From the human T2T-CHM13v2.0 reference genome, Homo sapiens, in NCBI RefSeq assembly GCF_009914755.1, contig NC_060931.1: a stretch of DNA of 64,000 nt; one strand, 5' to 3'. Shown piece after piece: positions 1 to 14,804 of the stretch. The first letter of the stretch is position 1; every line of letters begins with the position of its first letter. The notes under the pieces were generated by a model, which was not told where the DNA came from, did not search any database, and was given only the letters and a program-made list of their open reading frames with translations. A program made the position numbers and the translations under genes.

Positions 1-370
1 CTCTGTATTGAGAATCAGGACACGCAGGTAGGGAATCTCTTTCCTTAAACATACTTGCATAAAGGTAGGATAGGTTTTCACTGAAATTACAGAATAATTT
101 TTTCACAATAATTATGCAAAATAGTATTAGCCCACATTGTCTTATTAGTAGCCACAGCCTGTCCATAATTTTTGTTTGACCAAAAAAAAAAAAAAAAAAT
201 TGAGAACTGTTGGTCATAGTAGTGGCTTGATGAATTCTATCCCAAAGTCTTTCAACATGGCCTAAATTGGTTTATAGGTGATTTGTAGCTTCATACAAAC
301 CTCAACATACACACCTATGTACACAAATGGATAAAAATGAAGTAATGCTATTGTTGAATCCCTTCACTAA

Positions 371-697
<327 letters not shown>

Positions 698-1299
698 TCA
701 ACTTATTTTTTCGTAACAAATATGTTCGTAGACAAAGACAAAAGTAAATGCATTATTTTATTCAGTTTTAAAATGATATGACATATTGTTAGAAAGATAT
801 GATATACACCTTGTTTTATGACTTTAACTTTTTTCTAATTGTATTTTCATTGAAATAAACAGTTCTACTTTTTTTCTTCTCTGCCTTGATCAATACCACC
901 CTGGAGACAGCATTCTTATAAGAACTTTTGCTTTAAATATAAATTAATTTTTTATCTGTCACTGTGCTTTACTCTAGACCAAGAGTAGAAAACTCCATGT
1001 TGTTGAGGTCAGGCAAGTAACATAAATTAGTAAAAGAAACCAGGCTAGAAGAAGGGCTCTTCTCAGCCCCCATCAGTCCTTGCCAGATCCTCTGACATTT
1101 CAAGAAAAAATGAGAAATAAAGACTGTCAACTGAAGTCTAATTCTTAAATGTTAGCAGCTGATTCATTTTTAAATATTATATGAACCAAGACTATCCTTT
1201 TCTAGGCTAGTGACAAGTTTTCTACTTCTATATTAATATTTCTTAATATACCCAGACAATACATTTCTTCAGGGTAGGGAGTCTATTCTAGTTATCTTT

Positions 1300-1768
<469 letters not shown>

Positions 1769-1769
1769 T

Positions 1770-2000
1770 ACATTTAGTATGTTTTTACTGTGTGTCACAT
1801 CTTGATAAGTGTTTTACACATATTACCTAATTTAATATTCACAATGATATTATCAGGTAGCAACTAATATTATCCTAATTGTATAGCCTAGTAAACAGTT
1901 GAGGAAGTTGAGGCAACTGCCATGAGTTACATGGCTAGTAAGTGGTAAAGCAAGATTTCACACTCATGCAGTCAGCTCCTGAGCCTGACCTAGGCTTTCT
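1770..2000 (-). mobile_element. MIR
   Basis: Degenerate MIR core (TTTTACACATATTACCTAATTTAAT...ATGGCTAGTAAGTGGTAAAGC). Confidence 0.6.
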
Positions 2001-3309
2001 ACATTTGCCTCAGCTAGCAGAGGTTGTGCAGAAGGGAATCAATTGTTTCCATTTTGGTTTGAACAAGGCAAAGATAAAGGTTGGGAGGGCCCATTCACTA
2101 CTGGCCTGTAAATCGTGCACAGACTAAAAAGTAACTCTATATAACAAATGAATCACTTTCATGACTAGTTTATTGTACAACACTATAAATACTCCATCAC
2201 CTTTTCTTCCTGTGTACTGCTGAGATAACAAAGAGAAAAGAATGAAGTATGGAAAATATGTAATTTGTGTTTTAAGGTGTGCTCCTTAGAACAGAAGATG
2301 TTGGATATATTGCCTGAATGGCTTAAAAATAAATTGGGAAATATTGTGCCATAACACCTCATTTTGTACATTGCACTAAACAGTTCTGGCATAACTGGAT
2401 GGAGGAAATGAGTCACAGTTTTGCCTGTTGTACAGGGTGGTACAACGAATTACTGCATCTAATTTTGGTGGATGAACTCCAGAAATGAATTGGGAACATA
2501 AAGATTATAACAAAGTCAAATAATTTTTCCAGTTGTCAAGTTAGTTAGAATTAATAATTTTGGTTTTATCAACAATATTCTAAAACAAAAAATTAAGTAA
2601 ATATCCTGTGAAAAATAAAAACTATCCTTGACTATGTGATTCAACGATTTACTGATGTGGCTATTTTAGTGTTGTCCAGAAGTAATTTCCATTAGGCAAA
2701 ACAATTTTTCTTTGTTCCATCCAGGGAAGCACCACAGCTGTGAAACTCACATTTTGACACACAGAGAGTTGTAGTCTTACAGTTTCCTAAATCAGATATT
2801 GATATTTTACACCTGCAACTATATCCTAAGCATTTCTTACTTGTCAGTTACTTCACTGTATCTATATACTTTGCAAAACTTACCGCCAAGTGCTAAGTAG
2901 TAGAAGCACACTACATTTAATCACTTCTTTCAAAGGGAAAATGTATCTTTCCATTAAAGATCAATCAGTAAAGTTGTAGGTAGAAGCTTGGAATCAGTAT
3001 CTTTGTTTTCTGTGACTACAATTTTAAAAATACACAATGTCCTAGAATATCATCTGCTGTTTCATTTCATAAAATAGTTGTCTAATTTTCTTATCTTGCC
3101 TAAAGGGCATCCAATGAGTAACATGTGTGTCTCTGACTTTGCCCATATTAGGTATATTGTACATTATAAGGTATTAAATTTATACCTCCCACAAAAAAGT
3201 TATTTTTCCTTTTTTTCTATAATGAAAGACATTATATTGATGCACTAAAACAAAGAATGTTATAAGCTGTTGATAAAGGCCATGTAAAGTTTTTCAATTC
3301 ATGTTGTTT

Positions 3310-3609
3310 GGGTTTTTTTGTTGTTGCTTTTGAGACTGTCTCGCTGTCACCCAGGCTGGAGTGCAGTGGCGCTATCACAGCTCACTGCACTCTTTGCCTC
3401 ACAGGCTCAAGTGATCCTCCTACCTCAGCTTCCTGAGTAGTTGGGACTACAGGTGTGCACCACCGCACTCAACTAGTTTCTGTATGTTTTGTAGAGAAAG
3501 GATTTTACCATGTTACCTAGGCTGGTCTTGGACTCCTGGACTCAAGCTATCTGCCCACCTTGGCCTCTCAAAAGGTTGGGATTACAGGTGTGAGTCACTG
3601 CACCTGGGC
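3310..3609 (-). mobile_element. AluJ-like with TSD
   Basis: AluJ diagnostics (GCTCAAGTGATCCTCC); TSD TTCATGTTGTTT at 3298-3309 and 3610-3621. Confidence 0.93.
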
Positions 3610-4460
3610 TTCATGTTGTTTTAATAAGAACAAGTAAAGATGACATATCCTTTCTAGCCAACACTGACAATTTTCATAGTCCCTAAGTACTCAATTTGTG
3701 TTCTGTTTATTACTGACCTGTCCATAAGACTTCTTATTTCTACCTCCTATCAGTTACACAGTTTTTTCCCTACAAATTTTTTCAATTGTAAATATGTAGC
3801 TATGTTTATAAGCAAATGAAAGCATCTAACTGTGCATATTAAAACAAAGTTAATCTCTCATATAGCTAAAGAAAAATTATGTTCCGGAAAAAGCACAAAT
3901 ATTAAATTGATCACATAAACAACTATAAATTTCCATGGTCCAATTTTTCAACTATCCATGTATTTAAGACTAACTAACATCAATGATTCATTTAAAACCA
4001 AAACACATGTCGTCATGATATCACAACATCACACTAAAATAATATATGATTTGTAACTCATAATAGCAGGGGCAGTCTTGTTCCCATTTCCAGGCTCCAG
4101 TGAAGTTTCCACTATTCCTCAATGAAATCCCAGGTTTATTTCTAGAGGCCCATGGGTATTTACACTTTTCCTTGTGTGTTGTTGAGTATACCAAAACAGA
4201 ACTGCCAGCCATTAGCCCATGGCTTTTCTGCCTACGTGAAAACAGCAGGATTATAGTACAAAGGGCAGAGACCTAAGCCAAGATTATGTGCTAAGAAGAA
4301 CGGTAAGAGCATAAGCCCGCTGAATTACTGGCACCTTATGATCCTGGAACTGAGAGCCCTGACAGGGTTTGATCCACTATTTTGGTTCTTTCTGCTCTAC
4401 CTCTGCCCATCCCTCCTAATGCAGATAAAATTCATTCATTCTTTCACTTTCAAGTATTTG

Positions 4461-5103
<643 letters not shown>

Positions 5104-5380
5104 TGTTAAGTATCTACTACGTATCACACATCATTTAAAAGGCTAAAAAAAATGATATACAAGGAAACAAATGTAAAGAGCCAGAACCTGTTCCCACTTC
5201 CACAAGTGACATATTTTTGTGAGTGACAGGAAGCCTTCCCTATCTTCTACTTCCACTCCCCTACCCCTACCACCACTATAGCTTCTTCATCTTTTAGAAA
5301 GTCTATTATCCCACCATTAGACACAGAGGGCATCTATTGCACAAACCTGTATTTAATCCCCTATATGTTAGGCCTGATGA

Positions 5381-5770
<390 letters not shown>

Positions 5771-6081
5771 TAGAACACAATTTTCTAAATCATGGCTTTG
5801 AAATGGATCTTCACATTCCACACAGAGTAAGTGAAGGGTATTTGTTCACTCTTAATGGGTTGTAGCCACTCAAACTGCGTTACCACTACACTGATGATGA
5901 TTTACCTGGCTTTGAGAATCTCAACTGTTGAGTAAGGGGGCTAAACTTTAATTTTTAGTAACGATTGCAGCCTGAAAACTGCTAGAACACTAGATTGAAT
6001 AGTGTTCTCTTTTATTATTAAAAGGAGTTCCCTGACACTTTCATGTTGTGTAACAGAAACTGCATTTTAGGGATTGGGGGA

Positions 6082-6246
6082 AGTGGTTTCTAAATATGGC
6101 AGTAGGTTAAAGTCACCTGGACAGTTTTACAACACTAGTGTCATCCCTAGAGATAGTGACTGAATTGGTCTGGGGTGTGGCCTTGGCATCAGCATTTTTT
6201 AAAGCTTCTAGGTAACGTACAGCCAAGGTTGAGAATCACTGCCCTA
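6082..6246. mobile_element. MER5A (hAT-Charlie)
   Basis: AGTGGTTTCT...GGTCTGGGGTGTGGCC...CAGCCAAGGTTGAGAATCACTG terminal structure. Confidence 0.75.
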
Positions 6247-6547
6247 GGGTCTCAGGTTTAACCTTACCAGTCATTCCAAAAATTCAGAATTACAGTTTCT
6301 TTTTCCTGAATTTTCAGAATCTTAGCGCTAACTTTCTAACTTCAAGCCTTGTGGCCCTATAATAGGGTGGCAAACTGCTGATGAAAATGAAAGCACAGAG
6401 AAAAAAAAAAGCTTTTGAACTCTGGGTATGAAATCTGTCAAGAAAGACATTTCTTGAGGTAATGTTGTTTTGAACTCCTGATATTTAAAATAGCCTCTTT
6501 CATGCCTTTGCTGCAACCCTCAATTATGGCCATTTTTTTTTTTTTTT

Positions 6548-6712
6548 GAGGAGGTGGGAAGAGGGAGGTAGGGAGAGACAGGGAGAGAGAGGGAGAGAGA
6601 GGGAGAGATAGGGAGAGAGAGGGAGAGAGAGGGGGAGAGAGGGGGAGAGAGGGGGAGAGAGGGGGAGAGAGGGGGAGAGAGGGGGAGGGGTGGAGAGAGA
6701 GAGAGAGAGAGA
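6548..6712. repeat. G/A-rich 10-bp tandem repeat followed by (GA)n
   Basis: GGGAGAGANA x6 (6571-6630), GGGGGAGAGA x5 perfect (6631-6680), then a GA dinucleotide run. Confidence 0.95.
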
Positions 6713-9700
6713 CACCAAGACCCCTACCACCACCACAGACAGTTTAGGATTTTAAATGCTCAGGGCAGTTGGATTTAATTTGACGATTAGAAGTCAGCCT
6801 GTTTGTCAGTTATCAGTCAGGCAGTCATAATGACTCTGCACAGTTACAGGCACTGTTGGGAATTTGGAGGTAAAGAAAACAAAATCAGCAAAAGCATTTT
6901 GCCCCAGAGGCCGGGAGACTCCTGCAATAAGTGTAAGTGCAATAAGCTCATCCCGGGCATTCCAGCTTAATTCCCCTCTCCATTCAGTTTGTAACTATGA
7001 TAAAGCTAATCCCTGCTAGCAAAATGATTAATGCCTACAATGGGTTTAAAGCTGATGCTCTAAACTAGTTTAAGATAATTTTTGCTTTTAAAATGTCACC
7101 TTCTGTGAGGTGTCTATGCTTCTTTTATGGTATGCAGCAGGGTTTGCCTGGTGTAATATTTACATGGTTGGCTTATGCCACTTACTAGAGTAGGTGGTTG
7201 CTGAGGACCAAATTCACGCCACACTTCTTTTTGTACCCACAGATGTAGCACACAGCATTGTACAAGGTAGGCTCTGGAAAAGAGTCATGGAATTGAATGT
7301 AATTTTGTTTTGTTTTTTTTTTAACTGAATAATAAAACCTCTTTGTAAGGAAGCTGGGTGAGTAGAGAGCAAAAGAAGGAGAGACAGATGGACATAACAA
7401 GCTTTACAAAAGGGCCTAAAAGCTTTTTTTCTCTTATCGATCCATAATTCACCAACAATCAATTCTAACTAGATTTTCCTGCTTCCACTGGAAGATGAAC
7501 AAAATTTCTATTGTTGGAACTTCATACAGATACGTATGTATCTTGAAAAATGTCTATGCTATTAAGGGACCTCAGCAAATTTATCTTTAGTTATTAAAAA
7601 TCTAATATTCTTTTTACCCAGAAGCAATATTAGAAAAGGTTGCAACTATGCTTTACTATCAAATATTGTAAAATTTGGAAACCGAAGATGGTTATTGCAG
7701 AGGTAATTTCATCTAAGTGCTCATGGCACTGAATTTCATCTCCATAGCACAAATAAATGACACATCTTAACTCTCGGCCACCTTTAACTACATTCCTGCT
7801 ACACATTCCATCAGCACCTGGGCTCTGAAGCTTTCACCATTTCATGAATAATTCCAGACTAAGCTTGATCATCTTTTTCTCATGTCAGTAAAAAAGAAGA
7901 GAAAAAAAAGAGAGGGAAGAAAGGAAAACAAATACAAGAGATCAATTGCTAGATAGTATATTTTATAAGTCTCTAGTGTAGTATCTGAAATGTCTACATA
8001 TAATTATGCGTATTAAAAGTGTTGAATACATTATCAGAAGAGTAGAAGGTAGATGTCAGAAGAAATATACCAGTGTAGATCATTATAAAATATTCTATGC
8101 AGACAAGCTGTTGAAAATAAAAACATTATAAAAGGAATACTATAGATATAAGGGGAGAGGCAAGCATTTCCTTTCACCTAAAACCAGAATATTTCATTAT
8201 TCTGTAGCCAAGCGGTAGGGGCTGCTTTTTCTTCCACAAAGTAAAGCTTACTGAATGCTTTTTCTTCTATCATAGAAAATTGATTATACCACTGTTGTCA
8301 ATATAATTAAATGAATAACCAAAGGTTATAATACTAGCATATAGAACCCTTTGCTTACTGTACTTTAGATATCAAAATAGAAAATACAGCTGCATAGTTC
8401 ATATTCATTATCAGTTTCCTCTGAAAAAATGTACATAATTAGATTTTTACACAAAAGTTTTAAAACTCCAGTCACATCAGCAGGTTTTGACTACTAATGG
8501 AAAATGGAATTGATGCAATTATGTGAAACAGTGGCAGGAAGCATGGCTTTTAAAAGAATCAGCTTAAAGAAAAAAAATTCCAGTTGCATGTGCATTAAAG
8601 CTGTCAAAACTCTAAGCTAAAGATCCGCTCTCTGTGCCAGCTAAACCCCTGCCCGACTCCGGAAAGTAACTTTCTGAAGCCATGCCAAGCCCTCTGCTTG
8701 AAAATAACATCTTAATTGGTTTCTTCTAATAAAATTCAAAATGCTCTTTTGGTGATGATAATACACTCATTGTTTTATTCCTGCTTAATGTTCTGGTCTC
8801 TTGGAATGTTTTGAGCATTACTGTTCAGGAGAAAGGAAAAAGCCCTTGAGCCTGAATTTATGGAGCGACAATCTGGCTGGATGGACCAACAAAGTTGGAG
8901 GCTTTTGATGCCAGAAAGATTGTTTTTATAAACAATCTATAAGGGTGGTTCTATTTAATGTCAGATTCCTATATAATGGCAATGAGACTCCAATCTCTTC
9001 CTATTAACTGCATCATTAGTATGTAATAATGTTTAGTTGTGAATACAGAACTAGACTGTTTAGAGAATACTTAGGGCTCTGACTGGCAACTGACACAAAT
9101 TAAATTATTCGATAATTCTTTTCAAATCAAGGGGTAATTTAAGTCATAAGGTTTTTCTTCTGCTTGAGTTATGATAACTAGCGTACATCTATCTACAAGG
9201 GCAGACATGTTATTTAAAAGGCTCCAACGTATCCACCATACCATATCTAAACTTCTGCATGCCTTATCATCCTGTTAAGTTTCTTTATTAAAAGTTGTTC
9301 AATTCAGGCTGTTGAATAGTTTGTTTACACATGGACTCTAATTATGTAACGAAATTCAATAGAAAAATATCATTTGTATAATATTTATACAAGCCAATTT
9401 TATAACCACTTTGCTACTACTCACTAATTCCATTAAACAAGAGATCCCTGTCTTAAGAATTATAGTTGCATTGGAATTGTCTTTTCACATGTAATAGTCT
9501 GTATCATTTAAAATAAACTGTGATCACATATATTATTTCTACTTGACTCAATTACAAGGAAGGTCAAGCAAGAATACTAGGACGTTCAACTCCCCTTACT
9601 CTCAGTTTCTAATTTTGTTACTGCTGTCTTAAAATCTTCAGACCCGTTGTGTTCACTATCAAATTTCAGCGATGAATGAAGTGCCAGCTTGGTGTACTTC

Positions 9701-12700
9701 ACACAGTTTGTACAAAGTTATGTCTATTTACAAAAGAGAAAAGGTCTTTTCTAATTTAACTTTTGTGAAATGAGGATTTTGGAAAACTGAAGCACATAAT
9801 TAAAGACTACATTTCATATGCTATAATTGAGATTCTGCTCGCTCTTTGGCAACTGACGCTAACTATAGTAACACTAGCAACTTGGGTTGCAAGACTTCGC
9901 TGGCTGGAAAAAAAGAAAAGCAGGCGTAGAGAGCAAATTTAGGTACTTATCTTATTGATGCTTTACATATTATGTGCCCCATTGACTCCCTTTACATCCC
10001 CGTTATCTGTGCTAGGGATGGATTACTTCCTTTTTGCGGGTTGCTATTCAACAACTCATTTTGTTCTCACTATCACCAGCTGTCAGAAAAATGGGAGGGA
10101 GACAGGGCTCAAATTCACAAGTCACCAGAGTTTCTTGTCCTGGTCCTCAGCTTGCTTGCACTAAAAGCTGTCACTATATAAGTGTTACAATAATGTTTTA
10201 AGTAATAAAGTGTTCACCAAACTAATGATCCAATTATATAATTACAAATCTGTGGTTATTCATAAATTTAAAATAAGAAAACATATAAATAATGCATTTA
10301 AAATGATACCAGGAATACAACAGCTTTTTTCTGACTGAACAGTTTTTGTTATATGAATATACAAGAGAGTATACACTTAGGAAAGACTAAAACGGTATTC
10401 AAATATAATGTAATTTTACTCATAGACGATGTGAGTGTGTGTATGTGTGTGTGTGAGAGAGTTCTGCATTTATTTTTACTCAGATATATATCCTCTCTCC
10501 ATAATTAATTCTATCTGTAGAAAGTCAAAATCTATAAGGAAATAAGTTTTTCCTAAAATAATTTAGAAGTTGCTTCTTCAGAGCTATTAATTCTACATAG
10601 AGTTAAGGTTTTCTTTCTGCTGGATCAACATTCTGTCTCCCTTCTCTGAGGAACAGAAATCTTCTGTAAAATTACATTGCTGTAACTCCCTGAGTTTATC
10701 TATTCCATATAGACTAGAGACTTTACATTAGCCATTATATTACAAATAAGGTTAAATATAAGAGCAATCTTGTATTCAAAATTCAAAGTCTGGTACCTGA
10801 TCATTTTTATCAGAAAATAGTTGTACTAAGGTAGTAATTTAGAAATTAATTAGGTAGAATGTTTTATACTTTTATTATCAAGAATCTTAAATGCTAGCAA
10901 GCGTTAAAGTTGAGTAAGGCAAGAATATTTAGCATTTTCAGTGGCATCAGTTCAAACCAGAACATAAGATTACTTTAATGGATTTTTCACTCTAAGGCAA
11001 TACATAAATGAGCAGAGTGGAATATTCTAGGGATTGACTAAGGGGAATATGGAATCCTGATGTACATAGCACATCAAACGAGCTCTTGATTACAAGAGCA
11101 GTAACTTGGGGAAGGAAAGACAAGACTAGTATGTTCATTAATTTGCATGAATTAGAGATAAATGAAAATATAAATTATTCTTATTTATGTATTGCCTCAA
11201 TCTTCGCAAAGAGAATTGAGAGGCACTTAAAATATGGTGTTGAACACATTTAAAGCCTGATATATAATGATCCTCAAATTACTGCTGAAAATCAGCAGTT
11301 AATTAAAAATGTAAGGTATGTTAAAGCTACAGTGTTGTACATACTTGGAGAAGAAATATCATGAAGCAAGTTGTTAATACTCATATTAATAGCCTTGCAT
11401 TTCTGCAGATTTTGTAACATACATTTGCAGGGTATCTCTGATTCTATACAAGCACTGCTCATAATTAATTTTTCTCTTCTTATACCATTTTGTCTTCTAG
11501 TCTTGTCAATGCCACCATTAAGCTGTAGAACCTTAACCAAGAGCTTTAGCCTCCATGCCAATTTACTTCATAGGCATTCTATAATAAATTAAATAATAAG
11601 GGAATTATTTGAAAAGTAAAAAGCATTTTACAGAAGTAACATATCCCTATTGAGAGCTTAAAGACAGCTCATTCTCATTGGATAAGGAGGATGGGTTGAA
11701 ATGATTGTTTCTGAAAAGCCTGCAATTTAAAACGTGGAACATACTTGCCATCTTTTACAGCTCAGCAAATTGTTTCATGGCTAGTGCTACCCTAAAATAG
11801 CACATGGCTCAGCACTTAGTTCTACCTTCCATGTGCCCTTCTTGCTAACTCATACTCTGAGCTACAGAACATCTTACCTTTCTGTTCCTTGCCTTTAAAT
11901 GTGTTTTCCTTAACAACAGAGGTCTTCAGTAATATATAAATGAAAATGCAGAAGGCAAAAAAGTGCTGGAATCTGCCCAAAGCTCACAGCTCTATTTCCC
12001 AATGCTCGTTCTTTTTTTTTTTTTTTTTAACAGTAATGGAACTAAAACCAAAGTGATAGTTCTTTATTATAGCAAAGTGATAGTTTTTTTATTTAAAATA
12101 AGTTATTTTTTACAACCTCCTTATATAAAAGATGTTTATGAAAGAAAAAATTGAGTGTGTCTCGGTGCCATTTTTTTAATGCAATGAATGATATCCATGA
12201 AAAAGAACATCTGAATCTTTTGTTTTAAAAGACAGTGCAAGGTATAGTGAATTTATGGAGATACATCCTGATAAATTTGCATAATGAAATGAGGAGAGTG
12301 TATAATAATTTTTTTCTACTGTTATCCATCTAAGCACTGACTTGCTCGCATAGGCACAAAGGGAGATCTCAGTTACAGCAACAAAATAAACATGTTCCAG
12401 AGAGGTAATTCCCCTCATCTTCACCTTGATGAATCATAAATTAAAGGGGGAATTTGGGATGATATAGGGAATGAATTTTATTTCATTTTCAGGCAGGTTT
12501 GATGTTCTAAGAGCAATGTAAAATTCTAGCATGACATAGTTAACATGATATGTTTACAGAATATCTTACTGAGAAAAATTCTTTTCCTTTTTCCTTTCAT
12601 TGTGATCTTTGTGGATCTTAAAACTAATTCTCATGGCAGCTACAGAAATGGCTGCCACAAAGTCAGTATTAATGTTAGTGTTTAATTGCCAAAACTATTT

Positions 12701-12973
12701 TAGAAACAAAGAAGACAAAAAGTAGTATACACCTAGGAAGAATGCGAAAATGTATAACTTTGGTTCTAGATATATCTTCTGAATCAAAATTGCAAATAAA
12801 GGCTAAGTAACATCGTTTTATCAATATATGTGAACAACATATCAACATATATGATCAACATGTGAACAAATTTAAAATAAGCTATCTAGGATCACTTGCA
12901 CCATCTTCATTTGATAAAGAGTTCAATTTAGTAAACATGTTTAGGCATGTCTATTAATCCATAGAATAGGACC

Positions 12974-13289
12974 TTTGTTTTTTTTTTTGAAAGAGAGTCT
13001 CACTCTCTTGCTCAGGCTGGAGTACAATGGCTCAGGCTGGAGTACAATGGCACGACCTCGACTCACTGCAAGCTCTGCCTCCTGAGTTTATGCCATTCTC
13101 CTGCCTCAGCCTCCCGAGTAGCTAGGACTACAGGTGGCCACCACCATGCCTGGCTAATTTTTTGTATTTTTAGTAGAGACGGGGTATCACCACGATAGCC
13201 AGCATGATCTTGATCTCCTGACCTCGTGATCCACCCGCCTTGGCCTCCCAAAGTGCTAGGATTACAGGCGTGAGCCCCCGTGCTCGACC
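12974..13289 (-). mobile_element. AluY-like with an internal 20-bp tandem duplication
   Basis: CTCAGGCTGGAGTACAATGG repeated at 13011-13030 and 13031-13050. Confidence 0.93.
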
Positions 13290-14420
13290 ACATTTTTTTT
13301 TAATGGAACCGCTGTGTTCGTATGACCGATTAACAAAACACTCAAGCTCACTCTTCTAACTTCAGAACACTAAAGCATTCCTTCTTTGCTCCCAATTGTA
13401 GGAACCTTGTAACTCTGAATGGCTTAACACAGAATATCATTTATTGGCAACAGAATCAAGCTTATTATAATCTGATGAAACTCACCTGGAACAGTAATTA
13501 CTTTTTTAAACAGGAAAATATAGGCTTACACATTTTTCTAAAATTTTTTCTCTAGGAGAAATCCACAGCATATCAATGTAACACCTTTTATCCTAAAATT
13601 TTCAAGAGATGTTCTTTGCAATACCTGAAATAAAATTTCCTCCCTCCAATTCAAGTCTACTAGAAATATTATTTTATTTTGATTACCAGAGCCCTATATC
13701 AATACATATTACAGGGGAAAATAGACATACGAGGCTACATTTCTTAGCAATTCTTCTCATCTTCCATTGCAATTGTATTTTATAACAGTTTTTACCTTGC
13801 TGCTTTACAAATTTAGTGTTACTCTATTCTAGACTCATGTTTCAGGTAATGTCCAACTCACAAGTGAATTCATCAATCCTTTGCTGAGTTCAATTAAACT
13901 CTCACAAGGGGGAGAGTAGAAGGAACTTTTTATTCACAGAGCACCCCTTGAGTTTGGGTTTACTAAAACACTCATGTGTGCTTCAAGATATTTCAGTGAC
14001 ATTTAATTGAAACCATCATAAGGAGACTTAAAAGAAAATGCCATAACACACACCTGAGAACTAAATACTTCTCAGTAACACAAACCTGAGAAGATTCAAT
14101 ACACCCAGAGTAAGCATCTTCCAAGATTAACGGAGAAATCAAGAACAACTGCTTTTATTTTCATTTCTTGGGCAACCACAACAAAAACTATTTCAACAAA
14201 CGTGCCTTGTAATGCTAATGCTACCAGAGCTCATAAAGAGGCAATTTATTATTTTCAGTTTATTGTCCAATAACAATTCATCAGCTTTGGGGCTTAGTTC
14301 ATTAGTTCACAGGGATTCTTTTATTTGTTGAGGGTGATTTTAAAAGATGTTTTATAAAATTCCATAGTCTTTCATTTACATACTATCAAAGACCTGGAGA
14401 CTTTGGCAGCTTTATTACTA

Positions 14421-14804
<384 letters not shown>

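Noticed and set aside
5772-5786. AGAACAcaaTTTTCT, similar to an androgen/glucocorticoid response element
   Set aside because: The mismatch hits the critical G of the second half-site; cannot be equated with a reported SEMA3C intronic ARE from sequence alone.
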